Shown here one piece after another: positions 25,529-34,578 of a stretch of 47,795 nucleotides of DNA. The notes beneath the pieces were generated by a model, which did not search any database, had not been told where the DNA came from, and was given only the letters and a program-made list of their open reading frames with translations. Numbering within the stretch: position 1 is the stretch's first letter; the number at the start of each line of letters is the position of its first letter. The position numbers were made by a program, and so were the translations under genes. Origin of the DNA: a virus; the IMG/VR virus record IMGVR_UViG_3300037088_000099, positions 1 through 47,795 of that record. One strand, written 5' to 3'.

Positions 25529-26797
25529 TTAGAGTAACCCCATTCTGGATAACTCATCATATCGCTTGGTTGTGGTTTTTTGCAGATCAGTGCGAATTTG
25601 CATATTGGGAATCTTGAGCTCCTTGAGCCGAATTTCCTGTCGCGCCCAGGCATCTGCTATGGTATCTCCGTATGTTAATGGCACTGCGATAAATCCAGAG
25701 TGCCCCGCAGTAACGAGCTGCTTCTTCTCAATCATTGCATCGTACATGTATGTGTGTAGATATTGCTCCTCGCTGATACCCTCAATCGGAACTCCAACTG
25801 GATGCTTACCCTTAATTTCACTTGGATACGGTGGGATACTAGCGCGTACTCCAACACCAAATTCGCCCTTCCAACTTTGATCCGGCACCTGTCCTGTACT
25901 TATCCGAAAAAGCATTTCGCCAAAATTACCACCATACATGTTAATAAGAGTAGCGCCAGCATCGTAGCCAAATCGTGGAGTCCATTCGAGTCCATATAGT
26001 TTACCATTCGCAACGATTGTATTCAGGTCAATCATTCCTGAGTATCCAATTTTGCTCAGATACTTTTTCATTTTCATCAACCCTTGCTGATATAACTCCG
26101 CGCTCTCCCGAAGATAAAAAACTAAATTACCAGAGCAACCAGTATTCGGCCCTTTATTTCCATTCATGAATTTCTTTTCTTCAAGAGTCACATTCACGAG
26201 ATAGAATTCATCGCCATTGAAATAACCCTCTACTGATACTTCTGTGCCCTTGATAAACTCCTGTAATACAAATGGCGCGCCTTTAGTTTTAATCATCAGC
26301 TTATCAATAACAGCAAGCATGTCTTCAGCATTTTCGGAGACATAAGTAGTCTCAGTATCCTGCTCCTGCCCGCCATCGGGCTTGAATACATATCGTTTGT
26401 TATTTTTGTGGATGTATTCCTTCGCCGCTCCCACATCCGAGAATCGCTCGTATGGTGGTACCTGAATCCCACACTCTTCCATAGCTTCCAACCCAAACAT
26501 ACGATCATCTTCAACCGCGCAGTTAAAAGCGCCGTCGCCAATCGTAGGACATATAGAAGCAGAATACTCTGCCTGCCGCTCCCGCCCGGTCAGATCGAAT
26601 ATACTCAAATCGTATTTAGAATAATTCGGATACCCCTTCGACCCTCGCGCCCGAATATACGGAGCTGGCACTATACCCTTAAGAACATTCCCATAATCCG
26701 GCTCAGTGAGATAAATATCTACCTTATGTCCCTCTTCGAGCAAACGAAGAGAGAACCATGCGCCGTACATTGAATATGTAGAAAGTGCTATTCTCAT
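25529..26797 (-). CDS. ATP-grasp enzyme, PurD-like (phosphoribosylamine-glycine ligase-like)
   Basis: Blocks matching PurD: RYVFKPDGG, FVLQEFIKGTEVSVEGYF, NKGPNTGCSGN (PurD DTGPNTGGMGA) and LEWTPRFGYDAG (PurD EFNCRFGDPE). The N-terminal GNGGREHA substrate loop is not conserved. Confidence 0.75.
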   Translation of the reverse strand: MRIALSTYSMYGAWFSLRLLEEGHKVDIYLTEPDYGNVLKGIVPAPYIRARGSKGYPNYSKYDLSIFDLTGRERQAEYSASICPTIGDGAFNCAVEDDRMFGLEAMEECGIQVPPYERFSDVGAAKEYIHKNNKRYVFKPDGGQEQDTETTYVSENAEDMLAVIDKLMIKTKGAPFVLQEFIKGTEVSVEGYFNGDEFYLVNVTLEEKKFMNGNKGPNTGCSGNLVFYLRESAELYQQGLMKMKKYLSKIGYSGMIDLNTIVANGKLYGLEWTPRFGYDAGATLINMYGGNFGEMLFRISTGQVPDQSWKGEFGVGVRASIPPYPSEIKGKHPVGVPIEGISEEQYLHTYMYDAMIEKKQLVTAGHSGFIAVPLTYGDTIADAWARQEIRLKELKIPNMQIRTDLQKTTTKRYDELSRMGLL

Positions 26798-26822
26798 CGG
26801 TATAGTGCCTTTCCGGGGTTAA

Positions 26823-26951
26823 TTACTGCTTGTTGACTGTCTTGCCAGAGTGCTTGGGTGCTTTTCCGCCGCCCTTACCGGGATTACATTCCACACTCTT
26901 AATCTTCGCCCGTACTGCTTCACGTGAAAGAAGTGCTGCCTGTCCTGCCAT
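26823..26951 (-). CDS. small basic protein (42 aa)
   Basis: Manual translation MAGQAALLSREAVRAKIKSVECNPGKGGGKAPKHSGKTVNKQ with AGGAGG 4 nt upstream of the ATG. Fills the gap between flanking genes; different frame from the ORF track's 26819-27070. Confidence 0.4.
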   Translation of the reverse strand: MAGQAALLSREAVRAKIKSVECNPGKGGGKAPKHSGKTVNKQ

Positions 26952-26963
26952 GTTGCCTCCTTG

Positions 26964-28919
26964 TTAAAATGCTTGATCTGGATTAAAGTCTCGTGGATCA
27001 GCACTAGTTGGTTTTGTATTACGACTTGGTCGGCGTGGTTTTTTAGTACCTTTCTTTGTTGGATATGCAAGATGCCCTACAGCGTTGCCGATACCATAAC
27101 TTGGAATATCCGAGAGCGATTCACGTTTTAGCGCATCATTAGCATGTGGGTGTCTAGGATCAGCTATATGCATTTTCCAAGCATCTTGAACTAGTTGAAT
27201 ACCATTCTGCATTGAAGGCGGTATAAAGCGTTCTATCAAATTCATACGATTCAATCCGCGAACATATCCAGTTACATTACCAAGTGCTCCGATCTTAGTG
27301 AGTAAAAATATGGTATTATATGTAGCCCTAGCCATATCCGCTGGCTTACGTCCAGTTGCGCGGTCAAATATCTCGCCAGCAGGAGTTGCTTCTAGTCTCT
27401 CCTCTGTATGTTTTACTGGGTTATCCCAATCTTCCCCGTGCCGCAAGCGTTCAAATTCATAATACAGCGCAGCCACAGGAGGCATTACAAGTCCATCCAT
27501 AGTAAGTGAGCGTGCAATTCCTACGAAATCTCCTTGTTTTGCTTGGCGCAAATATAAATCTCGATGGAATTTCCCCTCCTTAGCTATATAGCCAGTAAAT
27601 GCTCGAATACTTCTAAACAGCGGACTCTGCCGCCAGATAGTTGGGGACGAATCATACGGATCAAGGAACACCTTATTATTCGCACCGTGATAATATGCTT
27701 TTTCAATGTCACGTTGCGAGAGTTGAAATCCCTGTTCTTTAAGTCTATCTGGATCAATGTCCATACTCTTGAGCGCAACTGTTGAAAACTGACTCGCCGT
27801 AGCATGGCGCGCTTTTGCTTTTGCTTCTTGTTTGAGTGCTTGTGACATTTTAGCAACAGTAGCAGCCCGCATCTTCTGCTGTGTAGTTGTATCAGCAGCC
27901 TGGAACTCAGGTTTTAGCTGCAAACCATAGTGTTCGCCTTCCGCTGCTCGCGCATCTGCACTTGCTTTCTCCAATGCTTCTGTGCTATTCTTAAGAATAT
28001 GTGTCGCCTCACCTGCCATCATCTTCCCAGTCGAAGCCCCAAATAACAGAGAATCCCTACGCACCGCAGGAAGAAAAAGTATATACATATTCTTATGTAT
28101 CCAAGCACCAGCACTGCCGGGAGCTAGTTTATGTATTTGAGATTTTTCAAATAATTCCGCCTGTCTATAAGAATCAACAGCCATATTTCCAATAGCATCA
28201 GAGGCCATGATATTTTCTTTCTCATGCCCTGGGCCGTATACATCCCATACTGCTCGCGGCATAGCCATGAATCCTGATTCTTTAGTAATATTCCAACCAG
28301 TTGTAAGCGCATGTATACCAGCAGCTCCAGAGGCAAGTATACGATTATACTTGTGCATTACTTGTTCAGAAGTATTCGCACGTCGATATGGACTGATTGG
28401 AGTGTTATATCCCTCCGCATCTTTATACGGAGATCGTGCCATATCAACATCAAATTGTGATTTACCTTTATTGAATCCTGCTTTTGCAGGTTCTTCCTGA
28501 AACATGATATTCAGATTATTAGCAATTGTATCCGAGATGTTTTTACCATTTACTTCTTGTGTATGTTTAAGCACGGCCTGAATCGCCTCTCGATGTGGGC
28601 CGAATACTTCTGCGGTTACTTGCTTTTTAACCTCACTATGTATTTCATACAAAGGCTTCCGTATTCCAGTCATCGCATGTTGCTGTTCTGCGACTTTTAC
28701 TGCCTTGGACATTCCCATTGACAACTTAGGTTTATACTCATTTTCAATAACATTATGTAAATCTGCTGTCGCTGGATTTGAGTCCTTTAGTATTCGCGCA
28801 GGGTCAAAAAGTGTACGCGCTGCCCCAGCGGAATGCTCTGTGATTCCAGTAGCTACCTTAGATTCACCTTTTTCCAGCCCAGTCGCTATTACTTCGCTTA
28901 GTTCACTTTGCCAGCTCAT
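26964..28919 (-). CDS. large internal virion protein, hypothetical
   Basis: 651-aa ORF in the internal-protein block; basic C-terminus. No catalytic motif recognised. Confidence 0.6.
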   Translation of the reverse strand: MSWQSELSEVIATGLEKGESKVATGITEHSAGAARTLFDPARILKDSNPATADLHNVIENEYKPKLSMGMSKAVKVAEQQHAMTGIRKPLYEIHSEVKKQVTAEVFGPHREAIQAVLKHTQEVNGKNISDTIANNLNIMFQEEPAKAGFNKGKSQFDVDMARSPYKDAEGYNTPISPYRRANTSEQVMHKYNRILASGAAGIHALTTGWNITKESGFMAMPRAVWDVYGPGHEKENIMASDAIGNMAVDSYRQAELFEKSQIHKLAPGSAGAWIHKNMYILFLPAVRRDSLLFGASTGKMMAGEATHILKNSTEALEKASADARAAEGEHYGLQLKPEFQAADTTTQQKMRAATVAKMSQALKQEAKAKARHATASQFSTVALKSMDIDPDRLKEQGFQLSQRDIEKAYYHGANNKVFLDPYDSSPTIWRQSPLFRSIRAFTGYIAKEGKFHRDLYLRQAKQGDFVGIARSLTMDGLVMPPVAALYYEFERLRHGEDWDNPVKHTEERLEATPAGEIFDRATGRKPADMARATYNTIFLLTKIGALGNVTGYVRGLNRMNLIERFIPPSMQNGIQLVQDAWKMHIADPRHPHANDALKRESLSDIPSYGIGNAVGHLAYPTKKGTKKPRRPSRNTKPTSADPRDFNPDQAF

Positions 28920-28931
28920 AATATCTCCCGA

Positions 28932-31241
28932 TTAGAATAAATGTCCCATTACGGTAAATCGCTTTAGACTGGAATCAACAAGAACTCCAAGAGCTTTACG
29001 ATACTGTAGCCACTGTGCAGGTTCTTGAAACATTGCGGCATTTTCTTTATTCAATTCTTGGAATGATTTTCGGAATATCGCCATATCTTTTGGATGATTC
29101 TTGAGTGCGGCCATTAATGGAGCAATCTGCTTATTATCCGCTTCCCTCTTCATCTGCATCATATACTTAGTGCCATCAAGTGGAGAACCGATCTTAGTTG
29201 ACCGAAACATCCCAGGCTCATCAGGTTGAAAATGCCCAGAATGTGCCATCTCCAGCAAATGCACATGCGTCCAATCAGCACGATTCTGAATATCCGCAAT
29301 ACTCATTTCATGCGTACTGTAGCCTTTCATTTGCCGCATACGATAAAGTAGTTTATCCTGTAGTTCTTGTGGCAAAGATTCTCGATTGCCGTACATGAAT
29401 AACATTCTATGTTCTGGAGATTCAAATCGAACACCAACCTTGCGTGCTTGTTTCAACTGCTCGTAATATGCGCCCCAATTTGCTTTCGCGCGCTCACCAA
29501 GCGTTGCCTGTAACTGTGAACGATCTTTTCGTACGAGATCAGCTTCCGTACTCGGCGCCCCGTGAGATGCAGAAGCTCCTTCTGCTGGCTCTTTATCTAA
29601 TCCTAATTCAGTTCTAAGTACCCTCTTCGTTCCACCCCGTACAGCCTTCGCAGCCGAATCACTATTCAACATTCCTGTTTCGTGTTTTACCTGTTCAACA
29701 GTATTCTCGGCAACCGTACTTGCAACCGGCTTTCCAGTCAATTTCTCTAGTCGCGCATAATACGCTTTCAACCCCGGATTCTCAACTCCTTGCTTCTCCA
29801 TAGCTTGCTGCGTCTCTGCAAGTGTTTCAGCGGGTAGCCGTGCTGGAGCCTCTGCTGCCGCTTCCTGTACCATAGAAAGCGCACGAGCTTTTACAAGCAA
29901 CCGCTTACTCGCCGTAATCCCCCGTAGCGGTTTCCCGTACATATCTACTGCTATTGAGTTCAACGATACCTTAGCAGCATCGTGCATTTTAGCAGCTACC
30001 GGATCATTGGTAGCTCGCGCTGAATTTGCTGCTCTGCGCTCACGAATAAGCGATCCTTCAATTTCCTCATTTGATTCATGCGCGGCACTGTTTACAAGTT
30101 CTGTTGCAAGTGGTTTTCCACCCTGGCTCATAAGTTTAGCGAAGTAATCTTTGATTACAGAGGGCGTTACATATTTAATAGTACCGGTAATAAAATCTGC
30201 TTCTGCCCGTGCACCACTTTTCAGAATCGGCCCGGCGAGTGGGCCAGCGATTCCAAGTATCCCGCCAATCTCCGCTGCTTGCTTATTTCCACCTGTAGCT
30301 ACACCCACACCAATAACACCATCCGCAGCGGCTACAAGCGTTTGCATTACTTTCGCGCCAGCGGGAGTTGCGGCAAGCACTTTAGTAAGCGTTTGCTCCC
30401 CAGTAGCATAGCCAACGCCTTTAATAGCAGCCGTACCAAGCGCAGCAACACCTTTACCTATACCTGCAAATAGCGGAGCCTGTACAAGCATCTCCGCATC
30501 TATTGTCTGCATTTGACCGAGAAAAGTATCTCTTGGGTGTGTTTCGTGAAAGAAGTCCTCAGCGAGTATAGAATGTCGTTCAGTATCTGCAAGATTGTTA
30601 ATAGTCTTCGCTGCGCTACTACGAGTATACTTTTGTTGTAGTGTAGGCTCATTAGGTGCAGGATGTGAGAACATCCCTGCAAGTCCGGTAGCCTGCATCA
30701 GCATTCTATTAGTCGCACGAATACCAAACAACGCTACATTATCTACAGCATTATTCGTACCATTAATAGTATCCTGCATTACCTCAATAGCACGCCGACC
30801 ATAAGTAGTAGTAGCTCCCTGCATACCATAGGAAGTAGACATAGCACCATGGTATGCAGGATCACTCGTATCTCTACCAGATGCCTCTACCCATGTTTTC
30901 TCATCTGGTACTTTTAGCCCTGACAATCTATACGAATCCGGCACTAACTGTCGATACAAGTCCGCACGAACAGCAGTTTTATGCTGCTCATCGAGCGCCT
31001 GATACTTAGGATTGCCTTTGATGGATTCCAGTCGCTTAGCAATCGCAGTGCCGCGTTCCGAGAAAGTCGGTAGATGTTTGATGTAGCTATAATCTACTGG
31101 CTTGTTAATACTGATCTGCGAGGGAACCGTCGTCTTCTGTTTGGGTAGCGGCTGCTTGACGCCGGGCTTCTGCAAGATCGGCTGCGGAGGGATTGGATCG
31201 CTGGTCGTTGGCTGCGGCGGATTGCTGCTGGGTATTCCCAT
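28932..31241 (-). CDS. large internal virion protein, hypothetical
   Basis: ATG at 31241 with AAAGGGGA upstream, giving 769 aa; the ORF track's longer GTG start is at 31265. Overlaps the upstream gene by about 137 nt. Confidence 0.6.
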   Translation of the reverse strand: MGIPSSNPPQPTTSDPIPPQPILQKPGVKQPLPKQKTTVPSQISINKPVDYSYIKHLPTFSERGTAIAKRLESIKGNPKYQALDEQHKTAVRADLYRQLVPDSYRLSGLKVPDEKTWVEASGRDTSDPAYHGAMSTSYGMQGATTTYGRRAIEVMQDTINGTNNAVDNVALFGIRATNRMLMQATGLAGMFSHPAPNEPTLQQKYTRSSAAKTINNLADTERHSILAEDFFHETHPRDTFLGQMQTIDAEMLVQAPLFAGIGKGVAALGTAAIKGVGYATGEQTLTKVLAATPAGAKVMQTLVAAADGVIGVGVATGGNKQAAEIGGILGIAGPLAGPILKSGARAEADFITGTIKYVTPSVIKDYFAKLMSQGGKPLATELVNSAAHESNEEIEGSLIRERRAANSARATNDPVAAKMHDAAKVSLNSIAVDMYGKPLRGITASKRLLVKARALSMVQEAAAEAPARLPAETLAETQQAMEKQGVENPGLKAYYARLEKLTGKPVASTVAENTVEQVKHETGMLNSDSAAKAVRGGTKRVLRTELGLDKEPAEGASASHGAPSTEADLVRKDRSQLQATLGERAKANWGAYYEQLKQARKVGVRFESPEHRMLFMYGNRESLPQELQDKLLYRMRQMKGYSTHEMSIADIQNRADWTHVHLLEMAHSGHFQPDEPGMFRSTKIGSPLDGTKYMMQMKREADNKQIAPLMAALKNHPKDMAIFRKSFQELNKENAAMFQEPAQWLQYRKALGVLVDSSLKRFTVMGHLF

Positions 31242-32673
31242 TTTTCCCCTTTGCTGGTGCTGCACCGGCTACTTTTCCTGCCGCCTCTGCTGCTCTATCC
31301 GCTGCACTCTGTCCTGTTACATCTGGAAAGAATTGCGCTTGCATATTAGCGCGCTGTGCCGCTAATTGCTTTAGTCTAGTAGCATTAAATTGATAAATAA
31401 TGTTATTCTGCGTTATCTGATCGGCTGAAGTACCCTGTGTATTATTTTCAACCTCAAGTGCAAGTTGATTTTTAGTGAGAGTATCCATCGAAGTATCAAG
31501 TGCAGTTATCGCAGTATTTCCAAGATGCTGCTTTACCTCAGCGTTAAGCGCAGGATTACTCGAAATTCCCATCGCAGCCTCAGCGTGTGCCATAATATCC
31601 CGTTGCTGATTTGCGCCTTCTTGAATAACTCGTGCCATTGCTGCTTTAGCCTCTGTGGTAACATTTTGTGCCCGTGCAGCAGCTTCATAAGCTGACCGTT
31701 GCATATCTGTAGTAGCTTTATACTGCAACCTTGCCGCCGCGTTTCCAGCGTTATATGCTGCTACTGAAGCCTTAGCCTGAGCATCAATCACATGCGGAGC
31801 CAACGTCATATACTGCTTCTGCGCATCTTCCTTCTGTTTAAGAGCCGCTGCATACTGTGGATTGGCCTCAATAGAAGGCATATCCTTAGCAAGAACCGCA
31901 GCCGCACGAGGATTTGCTTGAGATATACTTTGTACTTTTGGAGGCGTTTGAGCAGGAAACACTGGCGCTCCACTTGGTGTTTTCTGTGCCGGTGCTTGCT
32001 GTCCACCCTGCGCGAGCTTCGCCACCGCCGCTTCCTGTGGATTATCAGCAGTATGCGGCCCAGCTGCTTGAAACTCTTTATGTGCCGCTATCCCGGCAGC
32101 TACATTTGGATTCTTATTCTTCTCAGGATCAGAATAACTAATATCAAACGCCTTAGCCATCTGCTTTGCGTTTTTCTCGGTCATTAAATCTTGAATCTTC
32201 TTAGTATTCGCAGCAAGTACCTTATTAGCTAAATCCTTCTGTTCCTGCGTGGCCCCAGGTGTATTTAACACAGAATTAGCATTTGCAACTTGCTGTTTCG
32301 CTTTCATTACATCTACGATCTGATCTTTCAACACATCTTGTTTCTGTTGTGCAAATTTCTGTGCTGCGCCGCCAATCATATTTCCCAGCTCAGCAAAAGC
32401 ATCCTTATGCCTCGCTGCTGTGAGCGAAGTAGCTTGATTACTCTTTGGCTGATTATTCTCATTTCTCTGTTGATATTGTGGTACCGCAGCAAGATGTGCT
32501 TTTGCTAAATCTGTACCCTGAGTATACTGCGAAGGCATAGGTGCATTTAACGTAGCCTGCGCTTGTGCAAACGCCTCATCCAATCCAGGCACAGCAGCAG
32601 GTTCAGGTGCAGCTCCGGGCTGTGCGATATTCGCTACTTCCGGCGTGGCTGGTACTCCTGCATCATTCGTCAT
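31105..32673 (-). CDS. Ala/Gln-rich coiled-coil virion protein, hypothetical
   Basis: 522-aa ORF with low-complexity Ala/Gln/Lys-rich helical sequence typical of internal core proteins. Confidence 0.6.
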   Translation of the reverse strand: MTNDAGVPATPEVANIAQPGAAPEPAAVPGLDEAFAQAQATLNAPMPSQYTQGTDLAKAHLAAVPQYQQRNENNQPKSNQATSLTAARHKDAFAELGNMIGGAAQKFAQQKQDVLKDQIVDVMKAKQQVANANSVLNTPGATQEQKDLANKVLAANTKKIQDLMTEKNAKQMAKAFDISYSDPEKNKNPNVAAGIAAHKEFQAAGPHTADNPQEAAVAKLAQGGQQAPAQKTPSGAPVFPAQTPPKVQSISQANPRAAAVLAKDMPSIEANPQYAAALKQKEDAQKQYMTLAPHVIDAQAKASVAAYNAGNAAARLQYKATTDMQRSAYEAAARAQNVTTEAKAAMARVIQEGANQQRDIMAHAEAAMGISSNPALNAEVKQHLGNTAITALDTSMDTLTKNQLALEVENNTQGTSADQITQNNIIYQFNATRLKQLAAQRANMQAQFFPDVTGQSAADRAAEAAGKVAGAAPAKGKNGNTQQQSAAANDQRSNPSAADLAEARRQAAATQTEDDGSLADQY

Positions 32674-32682
32674 TGTATCTCC

Positions 32683-33405
32683 TTATATCGCTGCAAGAGC
32701 ATCAAGAGCTGTACCAGCTCCGCCACTAATACCAAAACCCTGACTAATTGCACCAGCGGCAGATGATACACCGGGTAGTGCTCCTGATATATCTCCCATT
32801 ATACTATCAAATGTAGATTCATCCGGGCCATGTGCTTCACCTTCGCCGGTTAGTGTACTAAGCAGCGTATTCTCTTCATTCAACTCCATATTTGCATCAG
32901 TAGATTGCAACTGACTATTCACACCAGAATAGAAATCTCCCTGTGCAAGCGCCGCTGTACTAGAATTCGCAGTCACACCACTAGCAGCCTCGCCAGATGT
33001 AATATTCGCAGCCTGCTTACCAGCTTCCAAATTAACATTTGCATTCGTAGCAGCTACCGCAGAATCGGTACTCGTACCGAGATTCTGTAATACTTGTGTA
33101 ATCGCAGTTCCAGTACCCTGCCCGTATGTATTCTGAAAATCTCCTACCACTGAATCAGACCCCGTATTCCAGGTGACGCCATTATTCTGTGTCACAGCAC
33201 CGGGATTTGCACTCTGCGCAACTCCTGCCGGTACAGCAGCTACCGGTGTAGCTCCAGCGGGAGCGAATGGATTCGCCTGCGCTTGTGCTATAGGTGTCTG
33301 TCCCGTAGTAGCCCCCATAGGAATAGCAGCAGGCGTAGCTGCACCTCCAGTTGCCGGAGTAGCCCCTGCTTGCAATGGATTAGGAATAACCGCTGATGTA
33401 GCCAT
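32683..33405 (-). CDS. Ala/Gly/Thr-rich virion protein, hypothetical
   Basis: 240-aa ORF tightly packed in the late operon. Confidence 0.55.
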   Translation of the reverse strand: MATSAVIPNPLQAGATPATGGAATPAAIPMGATTGQTPIAQAQANPFAPAGATPVAAVPAGVAQSANPGAVTQNNGVTWNTGSDSVVGDFQNTYGQGTGTAITQVLQNLGTSTDSAVAATNANVNLEAGKQAANITSGEAASGVTANSSTAALAQGDFYSGVNSQLQSTDANMELNEENTLLSTLTGEGEAHGPDESTFDSIMGDISGALPGVSSAAGAISQGFGISGGAGTALDALAAI

Positions 33406-33409
33406 TTTG

Positions 33410-34177
33410 CTATCTCCTTATTAATGGGCGAATCTGTCGCATACCTTGATTAGATACCATATCGTTTTCGAGCATTGATACTCGTGCAGCGATTAAACCT
33501 ACATCTCGTGGCTTGCTTGGATCGCCGTAGAGTATGCTATGATACTGCGTCGCGTAGTCCAGCATCCGCAAATCACCAGCACCCCTGAGCGCGGCAGCAT
33601 ACTCAATAATCTCCCGCCAATCATCATCAAGGAAAATCTCATCCGCGAGTACGGGAGGATTCGAGATTGGGTGCTGTATTTGATACCGCATATATGAATA
33701 ATACGCTTGTATCGGATTTGGCGCAATAAACACCTTATTATTATATCGCGACCAATACGCAGGCGTTCCCGGTGTCCCAAACATCAACTCAAGTGAATCT
33801 ATAGTCTTATACGACAGCCCAATCCCAGGATTATACCCTGTTGTACTAGATGGAATCATATAATACATATAAAAACTCGGAATCAACTTCGGATTCGCTG
33901 TAGTTCCGAACGATGGAATATCACCTGCATTTACCCAAGTGCTGAATGGGTATTGATACACGCCAGCAGTTAATTGCACGGGAGTCGTCGTAGAACGCTG
34001 TAGTCCCTGAAAAGCATAACTCTGACTAAGCTCCAACAACGCATCCGCAATCCACTGCACACCAAGCGTGAACACATCCTGCCGCTGTGACAGCTTTGAC
34101 CATACTCCACCAGTAGGCGCAGCAGATGTCGCACCGATCCCGCAGAGCAAGTCCTGTATTGTATACGGATAAGCCAT
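33410..34177 (-). CDS. virion protein, hypothetical
   Basis: 255-aa ORF tightly packed in the late operon. Confidence 0.6.
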   Translation of the reverse strand: MAYPYTIQDLLCGIGATSAAPTGGVWSKLSQRQDVFTLGVQWIADALLELSQSYAFQGLQRSTTTPVQLTAGVYQYPFSTWVNAGDIPSFGTTANPKLIPSFYMYYMIPSSTTGYNPGIGLSYKTIDSLELMFGTPGTPAYWSRYNNKVFIAPNPIQAYYSYMRYQIQHPISNPPVLADEIFLDDDWREIIEYAAALRGAGDLRMLDYATQYHSILYGDPSKPRDVGLIAARVSMLENDMVSNQGMRQIRPLIRR

Positions 34178-34188
34178 TTACTCTCCTG

Positions 34189-34578
34189 TTATACCATCAC
34201 AAATACTGTAACATCCGCTGTAGCATCTGTGCATTGCAGGGTTATATTCATCTTTGTGGGTAGAATCGACCCCATAAACACATCGCACGCCTTACTCTTC
34301 GACACAAGATGAAATCCATACGGCACCTTGTTCAAGTTATGCGCGATCGTAAGATTGGTATTCGACGCTACCCAAGCAGCAGGCACTCCAAACGGATTCC
34401 CAACCGCCCCAATTCTAATCAACAACCCACTCTGATTATCCGTACTGAACGTAAGTGGCTGCCCATTGGCATCAAACGTAAGCCCATTTCCAGGGCTTAC
34501 GTTTCCAGCCAGCACTTTGTTTACACTTACATTCAGTGAATGCTGCTCAATTGTCGGAGTTGGAGTTATTGTTTTCAT
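34189..34578 (-). CDS. virion protein, hypothetical
   Basis: 129-aa ORF whose start overlaps the stop of the upstream 789-aa gene by 1 nt. Confidence 0.55.
   Translation of the reverse strand: MKTITPTPTIEQHSLNVSVNKVLAGNVSPGNGLTFDANGQPLTFSTDNQSGLLIRIGAVGNPFGVPAAWVASNTNLTIAHNLNKVPYGFHLVSKSKACDVFMGSILPTKMNITLQCTDATADVTVFVMV

Noticed and set aside
26819-27070. 83-aa ORF on the - strand from the ORF track
   Set aside because: It overlaps the 3' end of the 651-aa gene and lacks a ribosome-binding site; the alternative-frame 42-aa ORF at 26823-26951 has a near-perfect AGGAGG and fills the gap.
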